Origin: an uncultured virus (IMG/VR IMGVR_UViG_3300030333_001670)
Lineage: Duplodnaviria > Heunggongvirae > Uroviricota > Caudoviricetes
Strand: one strand, 5' to 3'
IMG/VR virus record: IMGVR_UViG_3300030333_001670
DNA: 64,000 bases
A model generated the notes under the pieces. The model saw nothing but the letters and a program-made list of their open reading frames with translations, searched no databases and was not told where the DNA came from. The position numbers were made by a program, and so were the translations under genes. Numbering within the stretch: position 1 is the first letter of the stretch; the number at the start of each line of letters is the position of its first letter. Shown piece after piece: positions 48,714 to 58,497 of the stretch.

Positions 48714-49184
48714 ATGAAAGGACAAAAAAAGCAGAAGCAGCACTATGTTGATAACAAAGAACTGCTTGCTGCTGTAATTCGATATAAAGAAAATGTAGCT
48801 ATTGCTGAATTGCAGGGTAAACCTAAACCCAAGGTCAGTGAATATATCGGATCGTGCTTTCTAAAAATTGCTACTCATCTATCATATAGACCTAATTTCA
48901 TAAACTATATGTATAAAGATGACATGATTTGCGATGGGATAGAAAATTGCATACAATATATTGATAACTTTGATCCTGCTAAGAGTAAGAATCCATTTGC
49001 TTACTTTACGCAGATAGTATATTATGCATTCCTTCGCCGTATTGCTAAAGAGAAACGCCAGCTGGATATTAAAGAGAAAATCTTGGAGAAGTCTGGATAC
49101 GATGAAGTCTTCTCGGTTGACGGAGATGGTGGTGCAGAGTATAATCAAATTAAATCTCGCATTGCAATCAATTCTAAACGATGA
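48714..49184 (+). CDS. g55: Late-transcription sigma factor gp55
   Basis: 'HYVDNKE', 'YIG.CFLKIA.HLS.RPNF.NY', 'DMI.DGIENC', 'NPFAYFTQI.YYAFLRRI.KEK'. Confidence 0.97.
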   Translation: MKGQKKQKQHYVDNKELLAAVIRYKENVAIAELQGKPKPKVSEYIGSCFLKIATHLSYRPNFINYMYKDDMICDGIENCIQYIDNFDPAKSKNPFAYFTQIVYYAFLRRIAKEKRQLDIKEKILEKSGYDEVFSVDGDGGAEYNQIKSRIAINSKR

Positions 49185-49348
49185 AGATTACACAAAAAAT
49201 CATAGATGATCTCACTGTAGCACTGGCTCATACTAAGAAAGATGGGACAGAGAATTGGAAAGACGGTGACGAAATAGATGTATGTCTTGCTGGTACATTT
49301 GCAGCAGACAAGTTTATTACTTTAATTAATCGCTCTAAAGATAAATGA
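49181..49348 (+). CDS. 55-aa hypothetical protein (not in ORF track)
   Basis: MKITQKIIDDLTVALAHTKKDGTENWKDGDEIDVCLAGTFAADKFITLINRSKDK; ATGA-coupled at both ends. Confidence 0.7.
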   Translation: MKITQKIIDDLTVALAHTKKDGTENWKDGDEIDVCLAGTFAADKFITLINRSKDK

Positions 49349-50367
49349 AGGTCTTATTAATAACTGACCAGCACTTTGGAGTGCGAAATGATAATCAATA
49401 TTTTATTGATGCATATAAAAAGTTTTATTCTAAGATAGTACTTCCTTTTATTGAGCAATCAAATATTGATACTGTTATAAATCTTGGTGATACATTTGAT
49501 AAGAGAAGGTCTGTAAATTTCTTATCATTAGATTCAGCTAGAGAGATGTGGTTTGACCCTCTTGATAAGATGGGTGTCAAACATTATATTCTTATCGGGA
49601 ATCATGACATCTATTATAAAAATACATTAAGAGTCAATGCTCCCTCAGAATTATTTGGACGTTATAAGAACTTCGAGGTTATTGATACCCCTACCACTGT
49701 TAGCATCGGTGGTTGTAACATACTTCTTATTCCTTGGATTTGTGATGAGAACAAAAAATCCATACTTGGACAAGTATCAAGCAGTGACGCTGATGTCTGT
49801 ATGGGCCATCTTGAGCTTAACGGTTTTGAAGCTCATCCAGGGCACGTAATGGATTTCGGAATGGAGGCATCTCCATTTGATAAATTTACAAAAGTATTTT
49901 CTGGACACTATCATATGAAGTCCAACCGAGATAACATTTATTATCTTGGTAATCCATATCAGTTATACTGGAATGATTATGGATCTAAGAGAGGATTCCA
50001 TGTCTTCGATACAGAAACATTGAAGACAACCTTCTATAGAAATCCATTTGACATGTTCCATAAACTCTATTATAATAATGGAGTAGAGATACCCGATAAC
50101 TTAGAGGGCACGTTTGTCAAACTGATCGTCGAGGAGAAAGGTGACTACCAGAAATTCGACTATACCGTAAGTCAACTCCAAAACCTTGGACTTGCTGACT
50201 TAAAGATAGTCGAAGATCTGACCTTTGAAGAAAGCACTCAAGTGCTGGAAACCGAAGACACTATGACACTCCTCGATAAATACATAGACGAGATAGAGTT
50301 GAAAGTTGACTCATCTAATGTCAAAACAATTTTAAGATCTTTGTATGTCGAGGCTTGTGAGCTCTAA
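49345..50367 (+). CDS. g47: Recombination nuclease gp47 (Mre11/SbcD-like)
   Basis: 'TDQHFG', 'LGDTFD', 'GNHD', 'GHLE', 'SGHYH'. Confidence 0.96.
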   Translation: MKVLLITDQHFGVRNDNQYFIDAYKKFYSKIVLPFIEQSNIDTVINLGDTFDKRRSVNFLSLDSAREMWFDPLDKMGVKHYILIGNHDIYYKNTLRVNAPSELFGRYKNFEVIDTPTTVSIGGCNILLIPWICDENKKSILGQVSSSDADVCMGHLELNGFEAHPGHVMDFGMEASPFDKFTKVFSGHYHMKSNRDNIYYLGNPYQLYWNDYGSKRGFHVFDTETLKTTFYRNPFDMFHKLYYNNGVEIPDNLEGTFVKLIVEEKGDYQKFDYTVSQLQNLGLADLKIVEDLTFEESTQVLETEDTMTLLDKYIDEIELKVDSSNVKTILRSLYVEACEL

Positions 50368-50621
50368 TGTATCTGTTAACTGATAAAAATTCAGGTGGTG
50401 TCTATGCGGTCTATAATAAAGACCATGTTAAAACTGTTCATCTTTTTGAAGAAGAAGATGATGTGATTAGATATCAGACATTATTGGAAGCAGATGGGCA
50501 TGGTGCTCTTGACATTTTAGAAATGGATAAGGACATCGTTGAAGTCAACTGCAATAATAGAGGATACTTATACACAGTAATTACTAAAGACGATTTAGTT
50601 ATCCCGCCCAAAACTGAATGA
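50367..50621 (+). CDS. Conserved hypothetical protein
   Basis: 'FEEEDD..RY..LL', 'DDLVIPP'; coupled to both neighbours. Confidence 0.75.
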   Translation: MYLLTDKNSGGVYAVYNKDHVKTVHLFEEEDDVIRYQTLLEADGHGALDILEMDKDIVEVNCNNRGYLYTVITKDDLVIPPKTE

Positions 50622-52339
50622 TTGTTTTTGAAAGTATCCGTTGGAAGAATTTTCTTTCCACGGGTGATCGTTGGACTGAGGTCAAACTAGACTCCAGCAT
50701 GTCCACTCTTATTATTGGTCACAATGGTTCAGGAAAGTCAACCATTCTGGATGCTCTGTGCTTTGGTTTATTCAATAAACCCTTTCGTAAAATCACAAAG
50801 TCACAGTTGGTTAATAGTATAAATGAAAAGGGTACTAAGGTTGAAGTAAACTGGACAATAGGTAAGGATGAGTATAGAGTATTCCGAGCGATTAAACCAA
50901 ATATATTTGAACTGTACAAAAATAATAAGCTTATAGATCAAGATGCTGCAACTAGAGACACACAGAAATACCTTGAACAATCTATTCTCAAGCTTAACTA
51001 CAAGAGCTTTACTCAAGTTGTTATTCTGGGAAGTAGCACTTTTGTTCCTTTTATGCAGTTACAAGCAGGTCATCGTAGAGAAGTTATCGAGGATCTACTG
51101 GACATAAAGATATTCTCTAGCATGAATATGCTATTGAAAGAGAGAGTTAAGAAGTCATTAGAGTTAGCCAAAGATTGCGAGCATCTTATGGCAATGAATG
51201 ACCATAAAGTATCTGCTCAACAGAAGTTGCTAGACACTATGAGACTAGCAAATGATGATAGGCAGAAAGAAAAGAGTGTACAGTTAGATCTAAATCAGGA
51301 AAAGATTCTTGACTTAGAGCAGGAGGTTAAACTTAAGATTGCTGAAGTCGGTAAGTCAGAAGCAAAATTAAAGAGGATGGGTAATGTTAAGGATGAGTTA
51401 TTTGAATTGAGAGATAAGCAGACCTTATATAAACGAATGTTATCTGATGTAAAGAAGGATTTTAAATTCTTTACTGAGAATAAAACCTGTCCCACTTGCA
51501 CTCAGGAGATTGAAGATGAGTTTCGTCAACGTAAATGTGATACCCTATCAGAAAAACAAGGTGAATATGATAAGCAAACTAAAGATGTTACCAAAAAAAT
51601 TAATACGATCACTAAAAAAATTGAGAAGTATGATGCTTTAAGTACTTCTCTATATGAATTACGCACAACTGTCAACTCCCTTGAGAAGGATGTAGTTAGA
51701 ATTCAAAAAGATTCTCTAAGAATTGAGCAAGAGATTATAGAATTGAAATCAAATACTCCTAACATTAAAGCAGAGGGTGAAATACTAGATGTCCTCATGG
51801 AAGAGGCAGAGAAAACTAGAGTTGATTGTGCACAAGTAAGAGAAAAGTTGGATGAGTTTGCAATATGCCATCAGTTACTTAAGGATGGTGGTGTAAAGAA
51901 GCAGATTATTAAGAAGTATATTCCAATTTTCAATTCTCTTATCAATAAATACTTACAGTCTATGGACTTCTATGTCAACTTCACACTTGACGAAGAGTTC
52001 AATGAAGTTATTAAGAGTCGTTTCAGGGATGAATTTAGTTATTCGTCATTTTCTGAAGGAGAAAAACAGAAAATTGACTTAGCTCTCCTGTTTACTTGGA
52101 GAGAAGTAGCAAGGATGAAAAACTCAGTCGCAACTAATCTTCTATTGTTGGATGAGGTTTTCGATTCCTCTTTGGATACAGAAGGTACAAATGAACTTCT
52201 AAAAATTCTTCGTAGCCTAGGTAAAGGCACAAACGTATTTGTAATATCCCATAAGGGAGATATCCTAGTGGATAAATTTATGAATACATTAAAATTTGAA
52301 AAGCAAAATGATTTCAGTAAATTAGTGGATGTTTCTTAA
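50618..52339 (+). CDS. g46: Recombination ATPase gp46 (Rad50/SbcC-like)
   Basis: 'WKNFLSTG', 'GHNGSGKST', zinc hook 'CPTC', 'FSEGEK', 'LLDEVFD', 'ISH'. Confidence 0.97.
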   Translation: MIVFESIRWKNFLSTGDRWTEVKLDSSMSTLIIGHNGSGKSTILDALCFGLFNKPFRKITKSQLVNSINEKGTKVEVNWTIGKDEYRVFRAIKPNIFELYKNNKLIDQDAATRDTQKYLEQSILKLNYKSFTQVVILGSSTFVPFMQLQAGHRREVIEDLLDIKIFSSMNMLLKERVKKSLELAKDCEHLMAMNDHKVSAQQKLLDTMRLANDDRQKEKSVQLDLNQEKILDLEQEVKLKIAEVGKSEAKLKRMGNVKDELFELRDKQTLYKRMLSDVKKDFKFFTENKTCPTCTQEIEDEFRQRKCDTLSEKQGEYDKQTKDVTKKINTITKKIEKYDALSTSLYELRTTVNSLEKDVVRIQKDSLRIEQEIIELKSNTPNIKAEGEILDVLMEEAEKTRVDCAQVREKLDEFAICHQLLKDGGVKKQIIKKYIPIFNSLINKYLQSMDFYVNFTLDEEFNEVIKSRFRDEFSYSSFSEGEKQKIDLALLFTWREVARMKNSVATNLLLLDEVFDSSLDTEGTNELLKILRSLGKGTNVFVISHKGDILVDKFMNTLKFEKQNDFSKLVDVS

Positions 52340-52544
52340 AGCGTGGGAGGTTTGGAAATATGCCTTGGGAAGTTTCGAGGATAATAAAACTGCAAAGTAT
52401 GATAATGCAGTATGTGTTATACGCAGTATTATCTTCATCACTTATCTTGTTACTAATTGCTTTATTACTGCTGGTGTAATCCGACACTGGGACAGTGGAC
52501 GAACTGTCCCTGTACCTGCACATCAGGATAAGAAGGTGCTATGA
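52329..52544 (+). CDS. Small membrane-associated hypothetical protein
   Basis: 'WKYALGSF.D.KT..YDN', then hydrophobic 'RSIIFITYLVTNCFITAGVIRHW'. Confidence 0.6.
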   Translation: MFLKAWEVWKYALGSFEDNKTAKYDNAVCVIRSIIFITYLVTNCFITAGVIRHWDSGRTVPVPAHQDKKVL

Positions 52545-52545
52545 T
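52489..52545 (+). promoter_or_regulatory. 22-bp palindromic element plus extended -10 (TGCTATGAT)
   Basis: GGGACAGT-GGACGA-ACTGTCCC, 29 nt upstream of TATGAT. The same layout recurs at 55333. Confidence 0.6.
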
Positions 52546-52565
52546 ATATACATCTAAGGAATTCT

Positions 52566-54674
52566 ATGCCAGTAAACACCGAAGTCAAAGGAACTCTTGC
52601 TAGACTATTAGCAACAGAGAACTTAAAGATTGAGCACCGTAAAGTTGATACCGCATGTTTCGATGTGGAAAACAGGGTACTTGTCCTCCCTATATGGAAG
52701 GCAGCATCAACTGATGTATATGATATGCTAGTCGGTCATGAGGTGGGTCATGCTTTATATACACCTGCTGATGAGTATGATGCTCCTAGGGACTTCGTAA
52801 ACGTCTTAGAGGATGCTCGTATAGAGAGAATGATGAAGGTTACCTATCCAGGTCTTAAGCATTCCTTCTTCAAAGGTTATTCAGAGTTGTGGGAAAATAA
52901 TTTTTTCGGTGTTAAGAATAAAGATTTAACTAAGATATCATTCATTGATAGAATTAACTTATACTTTAAAGGTTGTGCTCAAGTAGAATTCTCAGAGTAT
53001 GAGCAGAGCATTGTAGATAGAGCAGCAGTTACAAAAACTTTCCAAGATGTAATTGACCTTGCTAGAGAAGTATATGATTATGCTGAGAAGACAGAGGCAG
53101 AGAAAGATAAGGAAGACGAGTTACCTGATATAGATTTTGATTTCGATGATGAGAGTTTTGAACCTCAGCAGAGTAATGTAGTATCTCCACAGTCACAGGA
53201 GAAAGAGGAGCGTCCTGATTTAGGTGATGATGATACTGAGTATGAAGAAGATGAGGTAGAAGAACCTATCGGTGGTGATGCAGGAGATGTAGATGAGACT
53301 AGATCAGTAACAGATAAAGCATTCAAAGATAATCTTGAGGATATGGTTGATGATGATGCTAAGGAGTGGGTATATCTAAATCTTCCTAAAGTTAAGTTGA
53401 GTGATGTAGTTGAACCATGGGAGAAGATTCAAGAAGATTTAGAATATTTTTTCTATGGTCAAGCATTTCAAAATGAAAGTCATCAAGAAAAACATAATGA
53501 GTCTTTACAATATTGCTTAAAAAAATATGAAGATTATAAATCCTCTGCTCAAAAGTCTGTTACCTATCTCGTAAAACAGTTCGAGATGAAGAAATCAGCA
53601 GACCAGTATGCACGTGCATCTACTGCAAAGACTGGGGTTATCGATACTAATAAGTTGTTCAGCTATAAGATCAATGAAGATATATTTAAGAAGGTAACTG
53701 TTGTCCCTGATGGTAAGAATCATGGATTGGTTATGCTTCTTGATTGGTCTGGGTCAATGCAACATAATTTGATGGATACTCTTAAGCAAACTTACAATCT
53801 AATTTGGTTCTGTAAGAAGGTTAATATTCCATTCAGAGTGTATGCATTCCAGAGTGGATTTGGTCGTGAGTATGGTGAGTTTCTTAATACACAAAAGAAT
53901 AATGACCTTGCTATTCAAGATGATTTCCGTCTATTAGAATTCTTCTCATCTAGGATGAATAAGCAGAAACTTGAGAAGCAGTTGAGACTTGTATGGTCTC
54001 AAGCATGGTCTATGGGTGAGTGGAGTTATGTTGGTTACCATAGAGATTTGAGTCTAGGTGGTACACCATTAGCAGAAGCAACTCTATACATGCGTGAAGC
54101 AGTTAGAGAGATGAGAAAGGTAGAGAAAGTGCAGAAGGTAAATGTTATTTGTTTAACTGATGGTGAAGCAAATCCTATATCATTCGTATCAGATAGAAGA
54201 GGTGATGGAAGTAAGTCATGTAACTATCTTTGTCATGCACGTAGGACAGTATTCATATTAAGGGATCCTGTTACAGGATATACCAGAAAGATTAGTGCTT
54301 CTCCTTATGAAACTACTAAAGAAATAGTATCATTCATGAGTGAGATTACTGACTACAACTGGATTGGTATTCGTATCTGCTCTAAGAATGAATTGAATAG
54401 ATGCATAAGTGGTGATGTCACGATTCAAGAACGTGAGAAGATACAAAAGACCTGGAATAAGGAAAAGTTTGCTAGTATAGAAAAGAAACATGGATTTAGT
54501 AAAGCATTCTATATTCCTAATAAAGGAATTGGTCAAGGCACCACTGACCTAACTGTTAAACAGAGAGGTGAATCTGCAACTAGAGGTGAATTAACTCGTG
54601 CATTTAAAAAGCACATGGGTTCAAAGATGACCAACAAAACTATACTAAATGCATTTATAGAACAGATAGCATAA
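52566..54674 (+). CDS. CobT-like vWA-domain protein with N-terminal HExxH metallopeptidase-like motif
   Basis: 'HEVGHAL', 'NVLEDARIE', acidic linker, MIDAS 'LLDWSGSM', 'GTPL', 'LTDGE'. Confidence 0.85.
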   Translation: MPVNTEVKGTLARLLATENLKIEHRKVDTACFDVENRVLVLPIWKAASTDVYDMLVGHEVGHALYTPADEYDAPRDFVNVLEDARIERMMKVTYPGLKHSFFKGYSELWENNFFGVKNKDLTKISFIDRINLYFKGCAQVEFSEYEQSIVDRAAVTKTFQDVIDLAREVYDYAEKTEAEKDKEDELPDIDFDFDDESFEPQQSNVVSPQSQEKEERPDLGDDDTEYEEDEVEEPIGGDAGDVDETRSVTDKAFKDNLEDMVDDDAKEWVYLNLPKVKLSDVVEPWEKIQEDLEYFFYGQAFQNESHQEKHNESLQYCLKKYEDYKSSAQKSVTYLVKQFEMKKSADQYARASTAKTGVIDTNKLFSYKINEDIFKKVTVVPDGKNHGLVMLLDWSGSMQHNLMDTLKQTYNLIWFCKKVNIPFRVYAFQSGFGREYGEFLNTQKNNDLAIQDDFRLLEFFSSRMNKQKLEKQLRLVWSQAWSMGEWSYVGYHRDLSLGGTPLAEATLYMREAVREMRKVEKVQKVNVICLTDGEANPISFVSDRRGDGSKSCNYLCHARRTVFILRDPVTGYTRKISASPYETTKEIVSFMSEITDYNWIGIRICSKNELNRCISGDVTIQEREKIQKTWNKEKFASIEKKHGFSKAFYIPNKGIGQGTTDLTVKQRGESATRGELTRAFKKHMGSKMTNKTILNAFIEQIA

Positions 54675-54675
54675 A

Positions 54676-55380
54676 ATGGTTGAAGAAGTTGCTCAGATTA
54701 TCAAGGACGCACTTGGTAATCTGCCCACTTTAAAATACAAGTGGCCAGAGTATCCTCAAATATTCCACAACGATGTCTACATTGGAAATGAAATGTGGAC
54801 ATGTGATGGTATGAGGAAGATACATCTTGAAACTGGTGTTACTCAAAACTTAGAAGTATTACATTGTGTCTGGTATCCAAACCCAGAATATAATCTTCCT
54901 ATATTTGGATGTGATATTGTAGATACAGGTAAGACAATTACTGCTGCTATTGTGGATGTATCTCCTGTCAGAGGTACCGAAAAGATATATGATAGAATTA
55001 GACCAATATGCAACCTATATAATTTTAGTGAGAGAAGGGCATTACCTTTATGGGGTGATGAAATATTCTCACCTCATTGTAAATTCATGAGGATAAATTC
55101 AAGGGTTGAGAAATATAATTATCAATCGTTAGTTAAACATCTTCTCACAATATATTGTGAAGAAATTAACAATGCAGTCAGGGATGAAAACTGGGTCAAT
55201 ACTATGCTTAGATTTGATGACCAGATTTATTACTGTAAACAACAGAGAAAAAATAAGAAAACTATAGCAGTACTTTCTAAGTGGTTTGATAAGGAGTGGG
55301 CAAGAAACTATATCGATACGGTATTGTTTGATGTACCAGTTATGAAAGTGTCACCTGATGGCTCCACAGTTCAAACATAG
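54676..55380 (+). CDS. pcyA: Ferredoxin-dependent bilin reductase, PcyA type
   Basis: 'RKIHLE', 'VLHCVWYP...YNLPIFGCDIV', 'AAIVDVSP', 'LPLWG.EIFS', 'YCKQQRKN.KT', 'VLFD'. Confidence 0.85.
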   Translation: MVEEVAQIIKDALGNLPTLKYKWPEYPQIFHNDVYIGNEMWTCDGMRKIHLETGVTQNLEVLHCVWYPNPEYNLPIFGCDIVDTGKTITAAIVDVSPVRGTEKIYDRIRPICNLYNFSERRALPLWGDEIFSPHCKFMRINSRVEKYNYQSLVKHLLTIYCEEINNAVRDENWVNTMLRFDDQIYYCKQQRKNKKTIAVLSKWFDKEWARNYIDTVLFDVPVMKVSPDGSTVQT

Positions 55381-55390
55381 CTGCTATAAT
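55333..55390 (+). promoter_or_regulatory. 22-bp imperfect palindrome plus extended -10 (TGCTATAAT)
   Basis: GTACCAGTTATGAAAGTGTCAC, 30 nt upstream of TATAAT; precedes the AAA gene. Confidence 0.65.
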
Positions 55391-55416
55391 AAAGACATAA
55401 CAAACAAAGAAACCTT

Positions 55417-56493
55417 ATGTCCCTACCTCGCACCGATGTTACTATTGAAGGAGTCCGTCAGTATTGCATTGACAACTTCGGTACATCTGTAAACGCAGAT
55501 GCTGTTAAATCTGCCTCAGAGCATTTTGGTGTCCATACTTATACTATTGGCCAAAGACTCAAGCAGTGGAAAGTAAAAAGAAACCACTGGGATTTATCTG
55601 TGAAAGAGATTACAGAAAACCTAGAGAAGACTCTTGCGTCTGAGCCTGCTGTTGCTGCTGAAAACTACATCCCTGAGAAAGATGAATCATATGTAAGTTT
55701 TGGCAATTTCAATGACCTTAAAAAAATTATTTCTAGTCGCAGGTTTTATCCTGTGTTTATCACTGGGCTCTCAGGTAATGGAAAGACCCTCGGAGTCGAG
55801 CAAGCCTGTGCTACAGGAAAACGTGAATTAATAAGAGTAAACATTACAATAGAAACAGATGAAGATGATCTCATTGGGGGCTTCCGTCTTGTTAACGGCG
55901 ATACCGTCTGGCACAACGGACCAGTTGTTGAAGCTCTCCAGCGAGGGGCTGTCTTGCTCCTTGACGAAATCGACCTTGCCTCAAACAAGATTCTCTGTCT
56001 CCAATCCGTCCTTGAAGGTAAGGGAATTTTCCTTAAAAAGATTGGAAGATACATCAAACCAGAAGCAGGATTCACAGTCATTGCCACCGCAAATACTAAA
56101 GGTAAAGGTAGCGACGACGGAAGATTTGTTGGAACTAACGTGCTCAACGAAGCCTTCCTTGAAAGATTCCCGATAACATTTGAGCAAGATTATCCTGCTC
56201 CAACAACTGAGACTCGTATCCTATTAAACAATGGATGTGATGCTGAGTTTGCTGACAACCTTGTTAAGTGGGCAGGTGTAATTCGTAAGACATTCTTTGA
56301 TGGTGGAGTGGATGAAGTTATCACTACTCGTAGATTGGTACACATCGTGGAAGCATATTCTATCTTCCAAAATAGATTGAAAGCAATTACAAATTGTATC
56401 AATCGTTTCGATGATGATACTAAACAATCCTTCTTAGACCTTTATACTAAGGTTGACGAGAAAGAGATTGAAGAGTATAATGAAGGGGAATAA
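55417..56493 (+). CDS. cobS: CobS-like / MoxR-clade AAA+ ATPase
   Basis: 'GLSGNGKT', 'ETDEDDLIGG', 'LLLDEID', 'ATANTKGKG', 'AFLERF', 'TRRL'. Confidence 0.88.
   Translation: MSLPRTDVTIEGVRQYCIDNFGTSVNADAVKSASEHFGVHTYTIGQRLKQWKVKRNHWDLSVKEITENLEKTLASEPAVAAENYIPEKDESYVSFGNFNDLKKIISSRRFYPVFITGLSGNGKTLGVEQACATGKRELIRVNITIETDEDDLIGGFRLVNGDTVWHNGPVVEALQRGAVLLLDEIDLASNKILCLQSVLEGKGIFLKKIGRYIKPEAGFTVIATANTKGKGSDDGRFVGTNVLNEAFLERFPITFEQDYPAPTTETRILLNNGCDAEFADNLVKWAGVIRKTFFDGGVDEVITTRRLVHIVEAYSIFQNRLKAITNCINRFDDDTKQSFLDLYTKVDEKEIEEYNEGE
56453..56481 (+). promoter_or_regulatory. Sigma70-type promoter in the 3' end of the AAA gene
   Basis: TTGACG (56453-58), 17 nt, TATAAT (56476-81), upstream of the clamp/clamp-loader operon. 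Confidence 0.7.
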
Positions 56494-56503
56494 CACCCCC
56501 TTT

Positions 56504-56821
56504 ATGATGAAGAAGTATAGTGAGGACGAGATCCTCAAGGAGATAGAGGATTACATCTCCAATACATACCGAGGTCATTATTCTGTCGGAAACGTCCAGA
56601 CTCTTGACCTCATTGATTCTGTGGGTGATGCTGAAGCATTCTGTAGGAGTAATGTCCTTAAGTATGCTTCACGTTATGACAGAAAAGGATCTGCACGCAA
56701 GGATATCATAAAGATCATTCATTATGGTATGCTACTATTGCACTTCAACGATAAACGTGAGAGGGCAGACCGAATAAACGCAGGGAACTCCACTGCATTC
56801 GCCGTTGATTATGACAAATGA
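56504..56821 (+). CDS. DUF3310-like protein (putative nucleotide-kinase family)
   Basis: 'TY..HY', 'FC..NVLKYASRY.RKG..RKDI.KIIHY'. Start placed at ATGATG downstream of the promoter. Confidence 0.7.
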   Translation: MMKKYSEDEILKEIEDYISNTYRGHYSVGNVQTLDLIDSVGDAEAFCRSNVLKYASRYDRKGSARKDIIKIIHYGMLLLHFNDKRERADRINAGNSTAFAVDYDK

Positions 56822-57480
56822 CCGTGATTTCAAAAGAAACAATTGCACTACTCAAAAACTTTTCGTCTATTAACCAGTCGATAGTTATCAAACCAGGCAG
56901 TGAAATCTCAACACTCAGTCTGAATAAAAACATTCTTGCTACTGCAAATGTACAAGAAACATTTGATAGGAATATTCCTATCTATGATTTGCCATCTCTG
57001 ATTCAAATCTTTAATTTATTTGATGGCAGTCCTGTCATTGATACAACGAATGATACTTATCTAAAGGTATCTAATCCTCAGAATAGATCTAAGGTCAAGT
57101 TTTTCTACTCTGACCCAGATATTATTGTGCAACCTCCTGAGAAAAAGGTTGACCTCCCTTCAGAGGATATTAACTTTAGATTAGAAGCAGGAGTTTTTGA
57201 CCAGATTAAAAAGGCATGGGCGATTTGTGGTGTCCCTGATTTATGTTTGCAAGGTAATAAAGGTGTAATGAGTTTAACATTAACTGATAAGAAGAATGAT
57301 ACGAGTAATTCATATGCTGTAGAGGTAGGTGAGACTACTGACGAGTTTTGTTATTGCTTTAAGATGGAGAATCTTAAGTTGCTTCCTCAGTCATATGATG
57401 TTACTATTAGCAAAGCGAATGTCGCACGCTTTACAGCAGACAACGTACGCTATCTTATAGCACTTGAACCTAATGCATGA
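56818..57480 (+). CDS. g45: Sliding clamp gp45
   Basis: 'LLKNFSSINQSI', 'IYDL', 'FKMENLK', 'YLIALE'. Confidence 0.95.
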   Translation: MTVISKETIALLKNFSSINQSIVIKPGSEISTLSLNKNILATANVQETFDRNIPIYDLPSLIQIFNLFDGSPVIDTTNDTYLKVSNPQNRSKVKFFYSDPDIIVQPPEKKVDLPSEDINFRLEAGVFDQIKKAWAICGVPDLCLQGNKGVMSLTLTDKKNDTSNSYAVEVGETTDEFCYCFKMENLKLLPQSYDVTISKANVARFTADNVRYLIALEPNA

Positions 57481-58417
57481 TGATTTCTTATGGGTGGAGA
57501 AGTATCGTCCTCAAACTGTTGATGATTGCATACTTCCCGATGATGTGAAGGCAACCTTCAAAAGTTTCATTGAGAAAGGAGAGATACCAAATCTCCTTCT
57601 CTCTGGGACTGCTGGAGTTGGTAAGACAACCATTGCTAAAGCATTATGTAATGAGTTAGGAGCAGATTCTTATGTCATTAATGGATCGGATGAAGGTAGA
57701 TTCTTGGACACTGTACGCAATCAGGCAAAGACCTTTGCTTCTACTGTGTCTCTGCTTTCTACATCACGGCATAAAGTTCTTATCATCGATGAGGCGGACA
57801 ACACTACCTCAGATGTACAATTACTCCTCCGTGCGTCGATTGAAGAATTTCAAAAGAACTGCAGGTTCATACTCACGTGTAACTTTAAGAACAAAATAAT
57901 ATCACCCTTACATAGTAGAACAACTGTCGTTGAATTTAACACTCGTGGAAAAACTAAACAAACTCTTGCAGCTAAGTTCTTTGAAAGATGTAGAGACATC
58001 TTGTCCAGAGAGGAGATACGGTACGATGACAAAGTGGTTGCCAAAGTCGTCCAACAATACTACCCAGACTTTAGAAGAACGCTTAATGAGTTGCAAAGAT
58101 ACAGCTCTACAGGTGCTATTGACATCGGCATCCTCGCAACCCTAGGGGATGCTAATGTTAAAGGTCTCGTAGAGGCATTAAGAGATAAGAAATTTAATGA
58201 TGTCAAGAAATGGGTAACCCAGAATCTTGATGCTGACCCAACTTCTATACTCAGAAAGATATATGATAATCTTTTTGATGTGATGGAAGGTCCAAGTATT
58301 GCAGCAGCAGTATTAATCATTGCTGAGTATCAGTATAAGTCTGCTTTCGTAGCAGACCAAGAGATTAATCTTCTTGCTGCGTTAACACAGATTATGGTGG
58401 AGTGTGAATTCAAATGA
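57473..58417 (+). CDS. g44: Clamp loader large subunit gp44
   Basis: 'WVEKYRP', 'GTAGVGKTT', 'IIDEAD', 'PLHSR', 'PDFRR.LNELQ'. Confidence 0.97.
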   Translation: MHDDFLWVEKYRPQTVDDCILPDDVKATFKSFIEKGEIPNLLLSGTAGVGKTTIAKALCNELGADSYVINGSDEGRFLDTVRNQAKTFASTVSLLSTSRHKVLIIDEADNTTSDVQLLLRASIEEFQKNCRFILTCNFKNKIISPLHSRTTVVEFNTRGKTKQTLAAKFFERCRDILSREEIRYDDKVVAKVVQQYYPDFRRTLNELQRYSSTGAIDIGILATLGDANVKGLVEALRDKKFNDVKKWVTQNLDADPTSILRKIYDNLFDVMEGPSIAAAVLIIAEYQYKSAFVADQEINLLAALTQIMVECEFK

Positions 58418-58497
58418 ATAGTATAGGATTAGAAATAGTATTCTGGACAGTATTAACAATTTACTTGTTAGCACAATTCGGAGTATTTAAAAAATGA
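58414..58497 (+). CDS. 27-aa hydrophobic micro-protein (not in ORF track)
   Basis: MNSIGLEIVFWTVLTIYLLAQFGVFKK; ATGA overlap with the g44 stop and with the dam start. Confidence 0.6.
   Translation: MNSIGLEIVFWTVLTIYLLAQFGVFKK

Noticed and set aside
54676..55380. Calling the bilin reductase pebS
   Set aside because: The motifs (RKIHLE, LHCV..P, GCDIV, AAIVD.SP, YC.QQ..N.KT) fit PcyA better. A tree would be needed to settle it.
55417..56493. cobS as evidence of cobalamin synthesis
   Set aside because: No cobN or other cob pathway genes are in the window. A general MoxR-type AAA/vWA role fits as well.
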